A DNA stretch of 40,084 nucleotides from a virus: the IMG/VR virus record IMGVR_UViG_3300045988_073791, one strand, 5' to 3'. Position 1 is the stretch's first letter; each line of letters opens with the position of its first letter. Both the position numbers and the translations under genes were made by a program. This document shows, piece after piece, positions 7,480 to 15,436 of the stretch. Under the pieces are notes generated by a model, which saw nothing but the letters and a program-made list of their open reading frames with translations, was not told the origin of the DNA and did not search any database.

Positions 7480-8142
7480 ATGTGCAAATTAACAAATGAA
7501 CAGATGCTGCGTTACTTCATATTTAAGGATTGCGGCTTTGATGAGGAAATAGCAAAGAAAAGTTATGATTTCGTGATGGGTAACGAACCGGAGCCACAGC
7601 CGGAGAGCAAACCGACTACCGAACTGGCAGACGGCATTTATCTGATGTACGGAAAAACGGCTGTGCCATATACCGGACAGGAAGTATCAGCACAGGGCTG
7701 TATTGGTGTAGGCGTAAAATTCGGCGGCAAATCGCTGGTGCTGGCATTGACCGACATAAGCGATGACGATGTAGAACTGACAACACAGCAAGGCGGCACA
7801 CGCTTTATTACCGACTACCACCGTGCCGCAGAGGACATGGACGGCAAAGCCGCCACAGACGATATACGGGACATTCTTAACATGGGTATCGCTGATGATG
7901 AGTATATACCCAGTCTGGGCGAACTGTATTTTATTCTGGCACACTTTACCCAGATTAACGCTGCACTGGAAGCCGTAGGAGGCGAACCGCTGCGTAATGA
8001 TTGGTACTGGAGCAGCACACAGTACAGCGCGACCTATGCGTGGAGTTTGCCCCTCGACGATGGCAGCGCGAGCAACGACACTAAGGCAGCGAGCCAGGGT
8101 CGAGTTAGGCCCGTTTCAGCATTTTTACCCCTAAACAGTTAA
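7480..8142 (+). CDS. DGR variable protein 2 (remote target), DUF1566/C-type-lectin-fold-like C-terminal domain
   Basis: The C-terminus IPSLGELYFILAHF...WYWSSTQYSATYAWSLPLDDGSASNDTKAASQGRVRPVSAF is paralogous to the 34405..35190 product. Its last ~100 nt match the TR. Confidence 0.85.
   Translation: MCKLTNEQMLRYFIFKDCGFDEEIAKKSYDFVMGNEPEPQPESKPTTELADGIYLMYGKTAVPYTGQEVSAQGCIGVGVKFGGKSLVLALTDISDDDVELTTQQGGTRFITDYHRAAEDMDGKAATDDIRDILNMGIADDEYIPSLGELYFILAHFTQINAALEAVGGEPLRNDWYWSSTQYSATYAWSLPLDDGSASNDTKAASQGRVRPVSAFLPLNS
8021..8121 (+). repeat. DGR variable repeat VR2
   Basis: A 101-nt alignment to TR 35781..35881 gives 13 differences, all at TR adenines. The 3' 22 nt tcgagttaggcccgtttcagca are identical. 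Confidence 0.9.
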
Positions 8143-8162
8143 TCTTTAGCAGTTAAACTTTA

Positions 8163-8180
8163 GCCCGGCGAAAGCCGGGC
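8163..8180 (+). promoter_or_regulatory. GC hairpin with GAAA loop 41 nt downstream of VR2 (candidate DGR target-recognition element and/or terminator)
   Basis: gcccggc-gaaa-gccgggc forms a perfect 7-bp stem. Confidence 0.55.
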
Positions 8181-8195
8181 ATTAAATACCCAGAT

Positions 8196-8421
8196 ATGGA
8201 GATACGAGAAAAACAACTAACACTATTTCCAGAATTAGACCCACCAGTACCGGAGGGGGGTGCTATGTAGTATAGACCATGACAGAGCCAGACGGGCAAA
8301 ATGGCGGGTGTATTTCAAAAATGGAAATTACCGTGATGTCTGCGGCTGGTGCCTAAAAAGGTTTAAGGACGGCGGCGACAGTGCCGAGATAGTAGACAAA
8401 ATAGAAAAATTAAGAATATGA
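8196..8421 (+). pseudogene. Small Cys-rich ORF interrupted at a G6 tract, translationally coupled to the methyltransferase
   Basis: The ATG at 8196 (MEIREKQLTLFPELDPPVPEGG) runs into G6 at 8255..8260. The +1 frame then stays open (VLCSIDHDRARRAKWRVYFKNGNYRDVCGWCLKRF...KLRI) and ends in an ATGA overlap with the 8418 start. That frame contains no ATG. Confidence 0.35.
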
Positions 8422-9185
8422 GGGTACTAAGTTTATTTGACGGTATGAGTTGCGGGCAGATAGCGTTACGGCAGCTGGGCATTAAAGTAGACACCTACTA
8501 TGCCAGTGAGGTAGATAAATTCGCTATCGCCCAAACCATGCTTAATTTTCCCGATACTATACAACTGGGCGATGTGCGAAACATAGACGCACGGACACTG
8601 GGGCATATCGATTTACTGATGGGTGGAAGCCCATGCCAGTCTTTCAGTTTCGCCGGAAAGCGTGCCGGGATGAGTACGAAGCAGAACGAAGAAGTATATA
8701 CGCTGGAGCGGTATTTAGAACTAAAGCAGGCGGGCTTTGAGTTTGAGGGGCAAAGCTATCTGTTTTGGGAGTATGTACGGATACTGCAAGAGCTGAGAGA
8801 GAGTAACCCAAATGTCTATTTCCTGCTGGAAAACGTGGAAATGGGCAAAAAGTGGGAAAAGGTACTATCCGAGGCTATCGGACTGCAAGGCGTACACATT
8901 AACAGCGCATTAGTTTCCGCACAGATACGGAAACGCATATACTGGACTAACATACGCACAGCCCGGACGCTGTTAGGCGACTGTTACACGGACATTCCAC
9001 AGCCAGAAGATAGAGGCATACTGCTGCGCGATATTCTGGAAGATGATGCGGACGTAGACGAAAAATATTACCTATCCGATGAGGTAGTGCAGAAACTGTT
9101 AGAACACAAAAGGCGAAACGCTGAGGCCGGCAACGGCTTCGGGGCTGTTTTTCACAGCGGGGGGGGGGAAGATGCACGCACTTAA
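8418..9185 (+). CDS. DNA (cytosine-5)-methyltransferase, N-terminal half (motifs I-VIII)
   Basis: LFDGMSCG (I), GGSPCQSFSFAG (IV), FLLENV (VI) and SAQIRKRIYW (VIII). Confidence 0.85.
   Translation: MRVLSLFDGMSCGQIALRQLGIKVDTYYASEVDKFAIAQTMLNFPDTIQLGDVRNIDARTLGHIDLLMGGSPCQSFSFAGKRAGMSTKQNEEVYTLERYLELKQAGFEFEGQSYLFWEYVRILQELRESNPNVYFLLENVEMGKKWEKVLSEAIGLQGVHINSALVSAQIRKRIYWTNIRTARTLLGDCYTDIPQPEDRGILLRDILEDDADVDEKYYLSDEVVQKLLEHKRRNAEAGNGFGAVFHSGGGEDART
9159..9168 (+). repeat. G10 homopolymer near the 3' end of the first methyltransferase ORF
   Basis: Ten consecutive G counted in cacagc-gggggggggg-aagatg. Confidence 0.95.
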
Positions 9186-9227
9186 AATCGGAGGCAAAGG
9201 AGTAGACGATTTAGTATTAGTGGAATA

Positions 9228-10058
9228 ATGAAAACAACCGTAGACCGGCTGCTGATGAACCTAAGAGGATACAAGGAAAAAGCATTTGCGCTGCTGGCAA
9301 CTTCTTACAAAGGCTCACAGGCAAACGGGGCGACATTAGTAATTTGCGATATGCCATACAGTGATATAATCTGCGTAGCCTCACGGGGCAGGATGATAGA
9401 CGGCAAAAACCGCCAATGTTTAGAACCGTGTCCGGTTGAGGGTAAAACGAACTGCCTAACCACAGTGGAAAAAGATAACCTGCTTATGCAGCGGCCGCAC
9501 GGTTACAATGCAGGTAAGATTTATACGGACAAAGCACCCACGCTGACGGCCAATGCGTGGCAGGAAAATAATTTGATTATGAGCAATAACACAAAACAGC
9601 TTAACCCAAGTGGCGAAAGCAATAACGGACAGCAACCGTACCAGCAAAACCGGGTGTACGACATTAACCACAAAGCCCCGGCGTGCTGCGCAAGTCTGAC
9701 AGGCGGAGCGTATGCGATAGCGGACGAAAACGCGCCGGAAGTACGCATTAGGAGGCTGACACCTACCGAGTGCGCACGGCTACAGACTGTGCCGGACTGG
9801 TACAAATGGGGATGCAGCAACACCCAGCAGTACAAGATGCTGGGCAACGGCTGGACTATCGAAGTAATAGCGCATATACTTTCATTCCTGCAACTGAAAG
9901 CACAGAAACACAAAGAGGAAATGGAAGCACCCAAACCGAGGAACTGCGGTAACTGTGCGCTTTGCATACATACCTATATGGGCAGCGAGTGCCAACTGAC
10001 CGACAACCCGGTAGGCGATGCGCAGGACGGCTGTATAGACTATATCCCGGAGGACTGA
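9228..10058 (+). CDS. DNA (cytosine-5)-methyltransferase, C-terminal half (target-recognition region plus motifs IX-X) with Cys-rich tail
   Basis: RRLTPTECARLQTVPDWY (IX) and YKMLGNGWTIEVIAHIL (X), with a C-terminal NCGNCALCIHTYMGSECQ...DGC tail. Confidence 0.8.
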   Translation: MKTTVDRLLMNLRGYKEKAFALLATSYKGSQANGATLVICDMPYSDIICVASRGRMIDGKNRQCLEPCPVEGKTNCLTTVEKDNLLMQRPHGYNAGKIYTDKAPTLTANAWQENNLIMSNNTKQLNPSGESNNGQQPYQQNRVYDINHKAPACCASLTGGAYAIADENAPEVRIRRLTPTECARLQTVPDWYKWGCSNTQQYKMLGNGWTIEVIAHILSFLQLKAQKHKEEMEAPKPRNCGNCALCIHTYMGSECQLTDNPVGDAQDGCIDYIPED

Positions 10059-10061
10059 GCT

Positions 10062-10262
10062 ATGGACGAAAAGGATTTGAAAAGCATATCTGCTGACATA
10101 TCGGCGGAGCAGCTGCATAGGCTGTACGACCGTCTGGACGATGAGGCGAAGCCATACGCGCTGCGTGTGGGTACAAGCCAAGAAAAGCACCGGGCGGTAA
10201 CAATCTACTGCGATGCTGAGAATGTGGCGTATTTCCAAAACATTATAGACCATGAAATTTAA
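10062..10262 (+). CDS. Hypothetical protein
   Basis: Compact ORF that overlaps the start of the primase/helicase gene. Confidence 0.55.
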   Translation: MDEKDLKSISADISAEQLHRLYDRLDDEAKPYALRVGTSQEKHRAVTIYCDAENVAYFQNIIDHEI

Positions 10263-12675
10263 GCTGAAATATGATTTTACGATAGATTTAGCCACAGCGC
10301 ACAGCCGGGTATCGAAGAAGTGGCGTAACCGGCACTGGCAATGGTCTGAACTGCTGGAGAGGTGCAGCGAAACAAAGCGTACCGGAGAAACGGCGGCAGA
10401 GTACGCACGCATGAGCAGAGAGGAGCAAAGCAACGTAAAGGACGTGGGCGGTTTTGTCGGCGGGTATCTGAGCGGCGGAATACGCAAAAATACAAATGTG
10501 CTGTACCGCAGCGTGGCTACGCTTGATATAGACTACGGCACGGTAAACGTCTGGGATGACTTTACTATGGCCTTTAATTTCGCCGCAATGCTTTACAGCA
10601 CGCACAAACACAGCGAAGCTGCACCCCGGTACCGTCTGGTATTTCCACTGAGCCGACAAGTGACCCCAGCGGAATACGAGCCGGTTTGCCGGAAGATAGC
10701 GGCAGAACTGGGTATAGATTTATTCGATGATACCACCTATGAACTGCCACGACTTTTCTACTGGCCCAGCACGTCCAAAGATGCTGATTTTGTCTTTGAG
10801 TACCAAGACGGCCCGGCGTGCAACGTAGACCAGATACTGGCCCAGTACGTAGACCCCTACGATGTCAGCGCGTGGCCTATGTCCAGCAGGGAGAACACGG
10901 TAATAGCGCATGAAATTAAAAAGGCGGGCGACCCGACAGAGAAGCCCGGACTAATCGGCGCGTTTTGCCGGGCCTACACTATAGAGGAAGCGATAGAGCG
11001 GTTTTTGCCAGACTGCTACGAACCGACAGGCACACCCGGACGGTACACATACAAGCTGGGCAGCGTGGCGGGCGGTCTGGTATGCTACGAAAACAAATTT
11101 GCCTACAGCCACCACGAAACAGACCCGGCAAGCCGCCAACTGTGCAACGCTTTCGACCTATGCCGCATACACCTGTACGGCGCAAAGGATGAGGGCAGCA
11201 GGGCTACGGATGTGACCCGTAAACCGTCCTTTGCGGCGATGCAGGAAATGGCGGCGGCTGACAAAAACGTAAAACTGCTGATGGCACGGGAGCGCAGCGC
11301 GTCCGTGGCTGATGACTTCGGCGATGTGGAAATGCCGGAAGATTATAACGATGAGTGGAAAGCCGAACTGGAGTACACCAAATCCGGCAAACTGCTGGGC
11401 AGCATCCAAAACATAATACTGGTGCTGGAAAACGACCCGGCACTGAAAGGGCGCATTACGCACGATGAGTTTACCGGGTACGATGTGATAACGGGCGGTC
11501 TGCCGTGGAACCGGCAGGCGGCACAGTGGAGCGACCGGGACGATGCCAATTTGCGCGTATGGCTGGAACGTAACTACGACATAACCGGGAAAGACAAAAT
11601 ATATGACGCTTTGGCGGCGATACTGACCCGGCACAGCTACCATCCTATCCGGGACTATCTTAACGGGCTGCACTGGGACGGCACGCCACGTCTGGAGCGG
11701 CTGATTATTGACTATATCGGCGCGGAGGACACGGAACTAAACCGCACCATGACGCGCAAGCATTTCACTGCTGCGGTAGCCCGGATATTCCAGCCCGGAT
11801 GCAAATACGATTACTGCCTAATCCTCACAGGCCCGGAGGGTGCCGGAAAATCTACGCTGCTGGGCAAGATGGGCGGCAAATGGTTTAACGACAGCATAAC
11901 GACCACCGAGGGCAAAGAGGGCATGGAGCAACTGCGCGGCGCATGGATTATCGAGATGGGCGAACTGGTAAGCATAAAGCGCAGCGATGTAGAGAGCGTG
12001 AAAGCCTACCTATCCAAACGGGATGACAGCTACCGGGCTGCATACGGCAGGCGGAAAGAGAACCACCCCAGACAGTGCGTTTTCTGCGGTACGACAAATG
12101 AGGCGTTATTCCTCAAAGGCGACAACGGGAACCGGCGTTTCTGGGTGATAGCCGTAGACCCGGCACTGCGCAAGTACCAGCACTGGCAGGAAGCGTTAGA
12201 CCGCGACCGTGACCAGATTTGGGCGGAAGCGGTGGAATACTACCGCAGGGGCGAAAAACTGTATCTGGATGACCAGCTGGAGGCGCAGGCACGCCAGAGG
12301 CAGGAAGCATATAACGATGACAGCGACGACCCGATAGTGGCGATGCTTCATAAGTTTCTGGACATGAAACTACCGGCGGACTGGCCCACACGTGACATAC
12401 CGGACAGACGCAGGTACATACGCACGCCAGACCCGCTACAGGCGGACGGCGTGGAAATGCGCAGCCGGGTATGTGCCGCAGAGTTTATTTGCGAACAACT
12501 GGGCAGGGAGATTTCCGACAAAGAATTTAAATACCTGGCCCGGCGTGTAAACAAGTTAATAGGAAGTATGCCTAACTGGGAGCCGATAAGCACCAGCAGG
12601 CACGCTGAAAGATGGTACGGTAGACAGAGAGCATACAGGCGCATAGATAATGCAGAAAATGAGGAAGATTTATAA
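10252..12675 (+). CDS. Primase/helicase: N-terminal primase-polymerase-like region fused to a VirE/D5-type P-loop NTPase
   Basis: N-terminal VATLDIDYG and LFYWPS acidic motifs, Walker A LTGPEGAGKST, Walker B-like WIIEMGEL, and a size (807 aa) and position typical of phage VirE-family primase-helicases. Confidence 0.8.
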   Translation: MKFKLKYDFTIDLATAHSRVSKKWRNRHWQWSELLERCSETKRTGETAAEYARMSREEQSNVKDVGGFVGGYLSGGIRKNTNVLYRSVATLDIDYGTVNVWDDFTMAFNFAAMLYSTHKHSEAAPRYRLVFPLSRQVTPAEYEPVCRKIAAELGIDLFDDTTYELPRLFYWPSTSKDADFVFEYQDGPACNVDQILAQYVDPYDVSAWPMSSRENTVIAHEIKKAGDPTEKPGLIGAFCRAYTIEEAIERFLPDCYEPTGTPGRYTYKLGSVAGGLVCYENKFAYSHHETDPASRQLCNAFDLCRIHLYGAKDEGSRATDVTRKPSFAAMQEMAAADKNVKLLMARERSASVADDFGDVEMPEDYNDEWKAELEYTKSGKLLGSIQNIILVLENDPALKGRITHDEFTGYDVITGGLPWNRQAAQWSDRDDANLRVWLERNYDITGKDKIYDALAAILTRHSYHPIRDYLNGLHWDGTPRLERLIIDYIGAEDTELNRTMTRKHFTAAVARIFQPGCKYDYCLILTGPEGAGKSTLLGKMGGKWFNDSITTTEGKEGMEQLRGAWIIEMGELVSIKRSDVESVKAYLSKRDDSYRAAYGRRKENHPRQCVFCGTTNEALFLKGDNGNRRFWVIAVDPALRKYQHWQEALDRDRDQIWAEAVEYYRRGEKLYLDDQLEAQARQRQEAYNDDSDDPIVAMLHKFLDMKLPADWPTRDIPDRRRYIRTPDPLQADGVEMRSRVCAAEFICEQLGREISDKEFKYLARRVNKLIGSMPNWEPISTSRHAERWYGRQRAYRRIDNAENEEDL

Positions 12676-12764
12676 GTAACCAAAGTGGCAACAAAATATG
12701 AAATGTCAACAGAAAAGACTGGCAACGTAGATTAGTCCTGCAAAATAAAAAGTCAACGTGTTTT

Positions 12765-12803
12765 TTTGTTGACACGCTTTGTTGACACGCTTTGTTGACA
12801 CGA
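12765..12803 (+). repeat. Three tandem 13-bp direct repeats (iteron-like)
   Basis: tttgttgacacgc at 12765..12777 and 12778..12790, and tttgttgacacga at 12791..12803. Inverted partial copies tgtcaaca (12704..12711) and tgtcaacaaag (12835..12845) flank them. Confidence 0.9.
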
Positions 12804-12974
12804 AAACAATTATAAATCAATACTTTATACTATATGTCAACAAAGTAAACAAAATATATATAGAAAGTAGATAAGTAATATAATACAGAGATATAACCCC
12901 ACTTTTACAGATAAAAACGCATATCTGTATACGTGTAAGGGGTATTTATAGAAAGCATAAAAATTTTGTAGACA

Positions 12975-13307
12975 ATGAAACGAAGCATAGAAAATATAGT
13001 GAAGCACGCCGAAGTATCGGAAAAAGCGATAGAGCAGTATTTGACCGACAGCGTGAAAAAATTGGGTGGTATCTGCCTAAAGTACAGTAACCCCGGCATG
13101 GTAGGTTTTCCAGACCGCGTTTGCCTGCTGCCAAAAGGCGTTACCCTGTGGGTGGAATTGAAAAGCAGGGGGCAGCAGCTACGGACTATGCAGCGCATAC
13201 GTATAACGCAGATGCTGAGATTAGGACATACAGTTAGCGTGTGTAAGAGCAAAGAGGATATAGACCGAATGTTAGAACCCTATAAAACAGCAGACCATGA
13301 TTTTTAG
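12975..13307 (+). CDS. VRR-NUC domain nuclease
   Basis: GMVGFPDRVCLLPKGVTLWVELKSRG matches the PD...ExK core. Confidence 0.8.
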   Translation: MKRSIENIVKHAEVSEKAIEQYLTDSVKKLGGICLKYSNPGMVGFPDRVCLLPKGVTLWVELKSRGQQLRTMQRIRITQMLRLGHTVSVCKSKEDIDRMLEPYKTADHDF

Positions 13308-14676
13308 ACCATACGAATATCAGCGCACAGCGATGCAGTGGATTATCGACAAACCCCGATGCGGTCTGTTTCTGGACATGGGTCTGGGCAAAACGGTATC
13401 TACACTGACAGCATTACAGTGGCTGATAGATGACTGCGAAATTAGCCGGACTTTGGTAGTGGCCCCTAAAAAGGTAGCGGAAACCACATGGAGTACGGAG
13501 GCGGAAAAGTGGGAGCATCTGCACGACCTCAAAGTGGTTAAGGTTATCGGAACGGAAAAACAACGCTGCATGGCTTTGGCACAGAAAGCCGATGTATATG
13601 TGACCGGACGGGATAACTTTGTTTGGCTGGTTGGCAAATATGGTGGTAAGCTGCCATTTGATGTGCTGGTTATTGATGAACTGACCAGTTTTAAGAGTGC
13701 CAAAAGCGAAAGGTTTAAGGCTATGCGCATAGCCGTACCGAGTGTAAAACGTGTTATCGGTCTGACCGGAACACCGGCACCAAATGGGCTGATAGACCTA
13801 TGGGCGCAGATGTACTGCATAGACCAAGGCGAAAGACTGGGCAAATCCATTACCAAGTACCGGGAAACCTACTTTGAAACGCACAAATGGAATAACATAA
13901 TAGTCCGCTGTGACGTGAAAAAAGGCTGTGAGGACATTATACGGAACAAGATAGCCGATATATGCCTATCCATGCAGGCAAAGGACTATTTGCAACTACC
14001 GGAAATGATTACCCACACGGTTAAAGTCTATTTGAGCGATAAGACGATGGCGGCATACACGAAGTTTGAAAAGGAAAAGGTTTTGGAGTTTCAAGAGGAA
14101 CACGGAAACGAGCCTGCAAACATTCTGGCAAATTCCGCCGCCGGGCTGATGAACAAGTTAAGCCAGTACGCTAACGGTGCTATCTACGATGAGGATATGC
14201 AGGTACACAGCATCCATAACGAGAAAATAGACCGTCTGGCAGAGATAGTGGAAGCCGCCAACGGCAGCAGCGTATTAGTGTTTTACCAGTACAAACACGA
14301 CATACCGCGTATAACGGCACGTCTGAAAGGCTACGAAGTCCGGGTATATCAAGGCGAAAAGGATTTGAAAGACTGGAACGCCGGAAAAATAGACGTGCTT
14401 CTGGCACACCCTGCAAGTACGGCGTATGGGCTGAATATGCAGCAGGGAGGCCACTATATCGTATGGTTTGGCACCGGATGGAATTTGGAACTATACCAGC
14501 AGGCAAACGCCAGACTGCACAGGCAGGGGCAGCAGTACCCGGTTACTGTGTACAGGCTTATTTGCGCCGGTACTGTGGATGAGAGAGCCAGCGCGGCTTT
14601 GGAGGGGAAGAAAGGCGTACAGCAAAGTTTATTAGATAGCCTTAACTACTTAATCCGTAAACACAGTGAGCAATAG
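13297..14676 (+). CDS. SNF2-family DEAD/H helicase
   Basis: LDMGLGKT (motif I), VIDELTSFK (motif II), GLTGTP (motif III) and QANARLHRQGQ (motif VI). Confidence 0.88.
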   Translation: MIFRPYEYQRTAMQWIIDKPRCGLFLDMGLGKTVSTLTALQWLIDDCEISRTLVVAPKKVAETTWSTEAEKWEHLHDLKVVKVIGTEKQRCMALAQKADVYVTGRDNFVWLVGKYGGKLPFDVLVIDELTSFKSAKSERFKAMRIAVPSVKRVIGLTGTPAPNGLIDLWAQMYCIDQGERLGKSITKYRETYFETHKWNNIIVRCDVKKGCEDIIRNKIADICLSMQAKDYLQLPEMITHTVKVYLSDKTMAAYTKFEKEKVLEFQEEHGNEPANILANSAAGLMNKLSQYANGAIYDEDMQVHSIHNEKIDRLAEIVEAANGSSVLVFYQYKHDIPRITARLKGYEVRVYQGEKDLKDWNAGKIDVLLAHPASTAYGLNMQQGGHYIVWFGTGWNLELYQQANARLHRQGQQYPVTVYRLICAGTVDERASAALEGKKGVQQSLLDSLNYLIRKHSEQ

Positions 14677-14944
14677 AAAGCGCGTGAACATATCATTAGA
14701 CCCGGAAACCTACGAGAAACTACAGCAGGTGCAGAGGGAACACAGGTTTAAGAACCTATGCGAAATGCTGACCGCATTAGCGCATATTCTGTTAGACCGT
14801 ATGGAAGTGGCGGCAAACAGGAAATACGACCTACCGGAAGATGACGGGCAGTATATCGACAGTATGTTTGATGACCTGAGCAATACGCAGAGAGTACCGG
14901 ACGGAACGGTACCAGTTAGACATAATAGTAGGAAACTTAGATAG
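14666..14944 (+). CDS. Hypothetical protein, possibly ribbon-helix-helix
   Basis: The N-terminal RVNISLDPETYEKLQQV resembles a CopG/RHH strand-helix. Confidence 0.5.
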   Translation: MSNRKRVNISLDPETYEKLQQVQREHRFKNLCEMLTALAHILLDRMEVAANRKYDLPEDDGQYIDSMFDDLSNTQRVPDGTVPVRHNSRKLR

Positions 14945-14956
14945 GAGGATACACAG

Positions 14957-15295
14957 ATGGCAAAGGATAAGATATATAACAGATTGATACATAGTGTTAG
15001 GTGGCTGAGGCTTCGGCGTGATACACTGACCGCACACCCGCTTTGCCAGCGGTGCGAAGCTGAGGGCAGGATAACACCTGCTACAGAGGTACACCACATA
15101 CGACCGGTAGAGGAAGCGATAACTACGGCTGACAGGATGCAGCGTATGTATGACCCGCACAACCTACAGGCACTATGCCACGACTGCCACGTTAGGACAC
15201 ACACGGAGTTAGGCAGGTGTGGCAGGGAGGCGACACGCAGACGCAACGAAAAGCAAGTACGGCAGGTGATAAATAAATTTTTCGGTGATGGCTGA
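14957..15295 (+). CDS. HNH endonuclease (packaging-associated)
   Basis: CQRCEAEG...EVHHIRP...HNLQALCHDCH, located immediately upstream of the terminase genes. Confidence 0.88.
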   Translation: MAKDKIYNRLIHSVRWLRLRRDTLTAHPLCQRCEAEGRITPATEVHHIRPVEEAITTADRMQRMYDPHNLQALCHDCHVRTHTELGRCGREATRRRNEKQVRQVINKFFGDG

Positions 15296-15300
15296 TGTCG

Positions 15301-15366
15301 GAGCCGGGGGTAGTTTTTTAACCGGGGGTGTACCCCGTTAAACCTCGCCCCCAGTCTTGTTTTTTC
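15301..15366 (+). promoter_or_regulatory. GC-rich repeat cluster between HNH and terS (candidate cos region and/or terminator)
   Basis: gccggggg (15303..15310), accggggg (15321..15328), ccccg (15333..15337) and cgccccc (15346..15352), followed by a T-run (15357..15365). Confidence 0.3.
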
Positions 15367-15436
15367 GTATGTAAAATTTTGGAAATGCGGTACTTTGGAC
15401 TAAATCTAATAGAAAACGAATAAATATACAGATAAA

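Noticed and set aside
9882-10487. 201-aa minus-strand ORF spanning the MTase end, a small ORF and the primase start
   Set aside because: It crosses three + strand gene boundaries and has no recognisable motifs. It is a shadow ORF.
12765-12803. Possible CRISPR-like array
   Set aside because: The three 13-nt units are directly abutting with no spacers and are far shorter than CRISPR repeats. No cas genes are present.
12768-12803. TTGACA hexamers read as sigma-70 -35 boxes
   Set aside because: They are part of the tandem 13-mers, and I could not pair them with a properly spaced -10 element. If the host is Bacteroidota, the sigma-70 consensus would not apply anyway. I kept the array only as an iteron or regulatory candidate.
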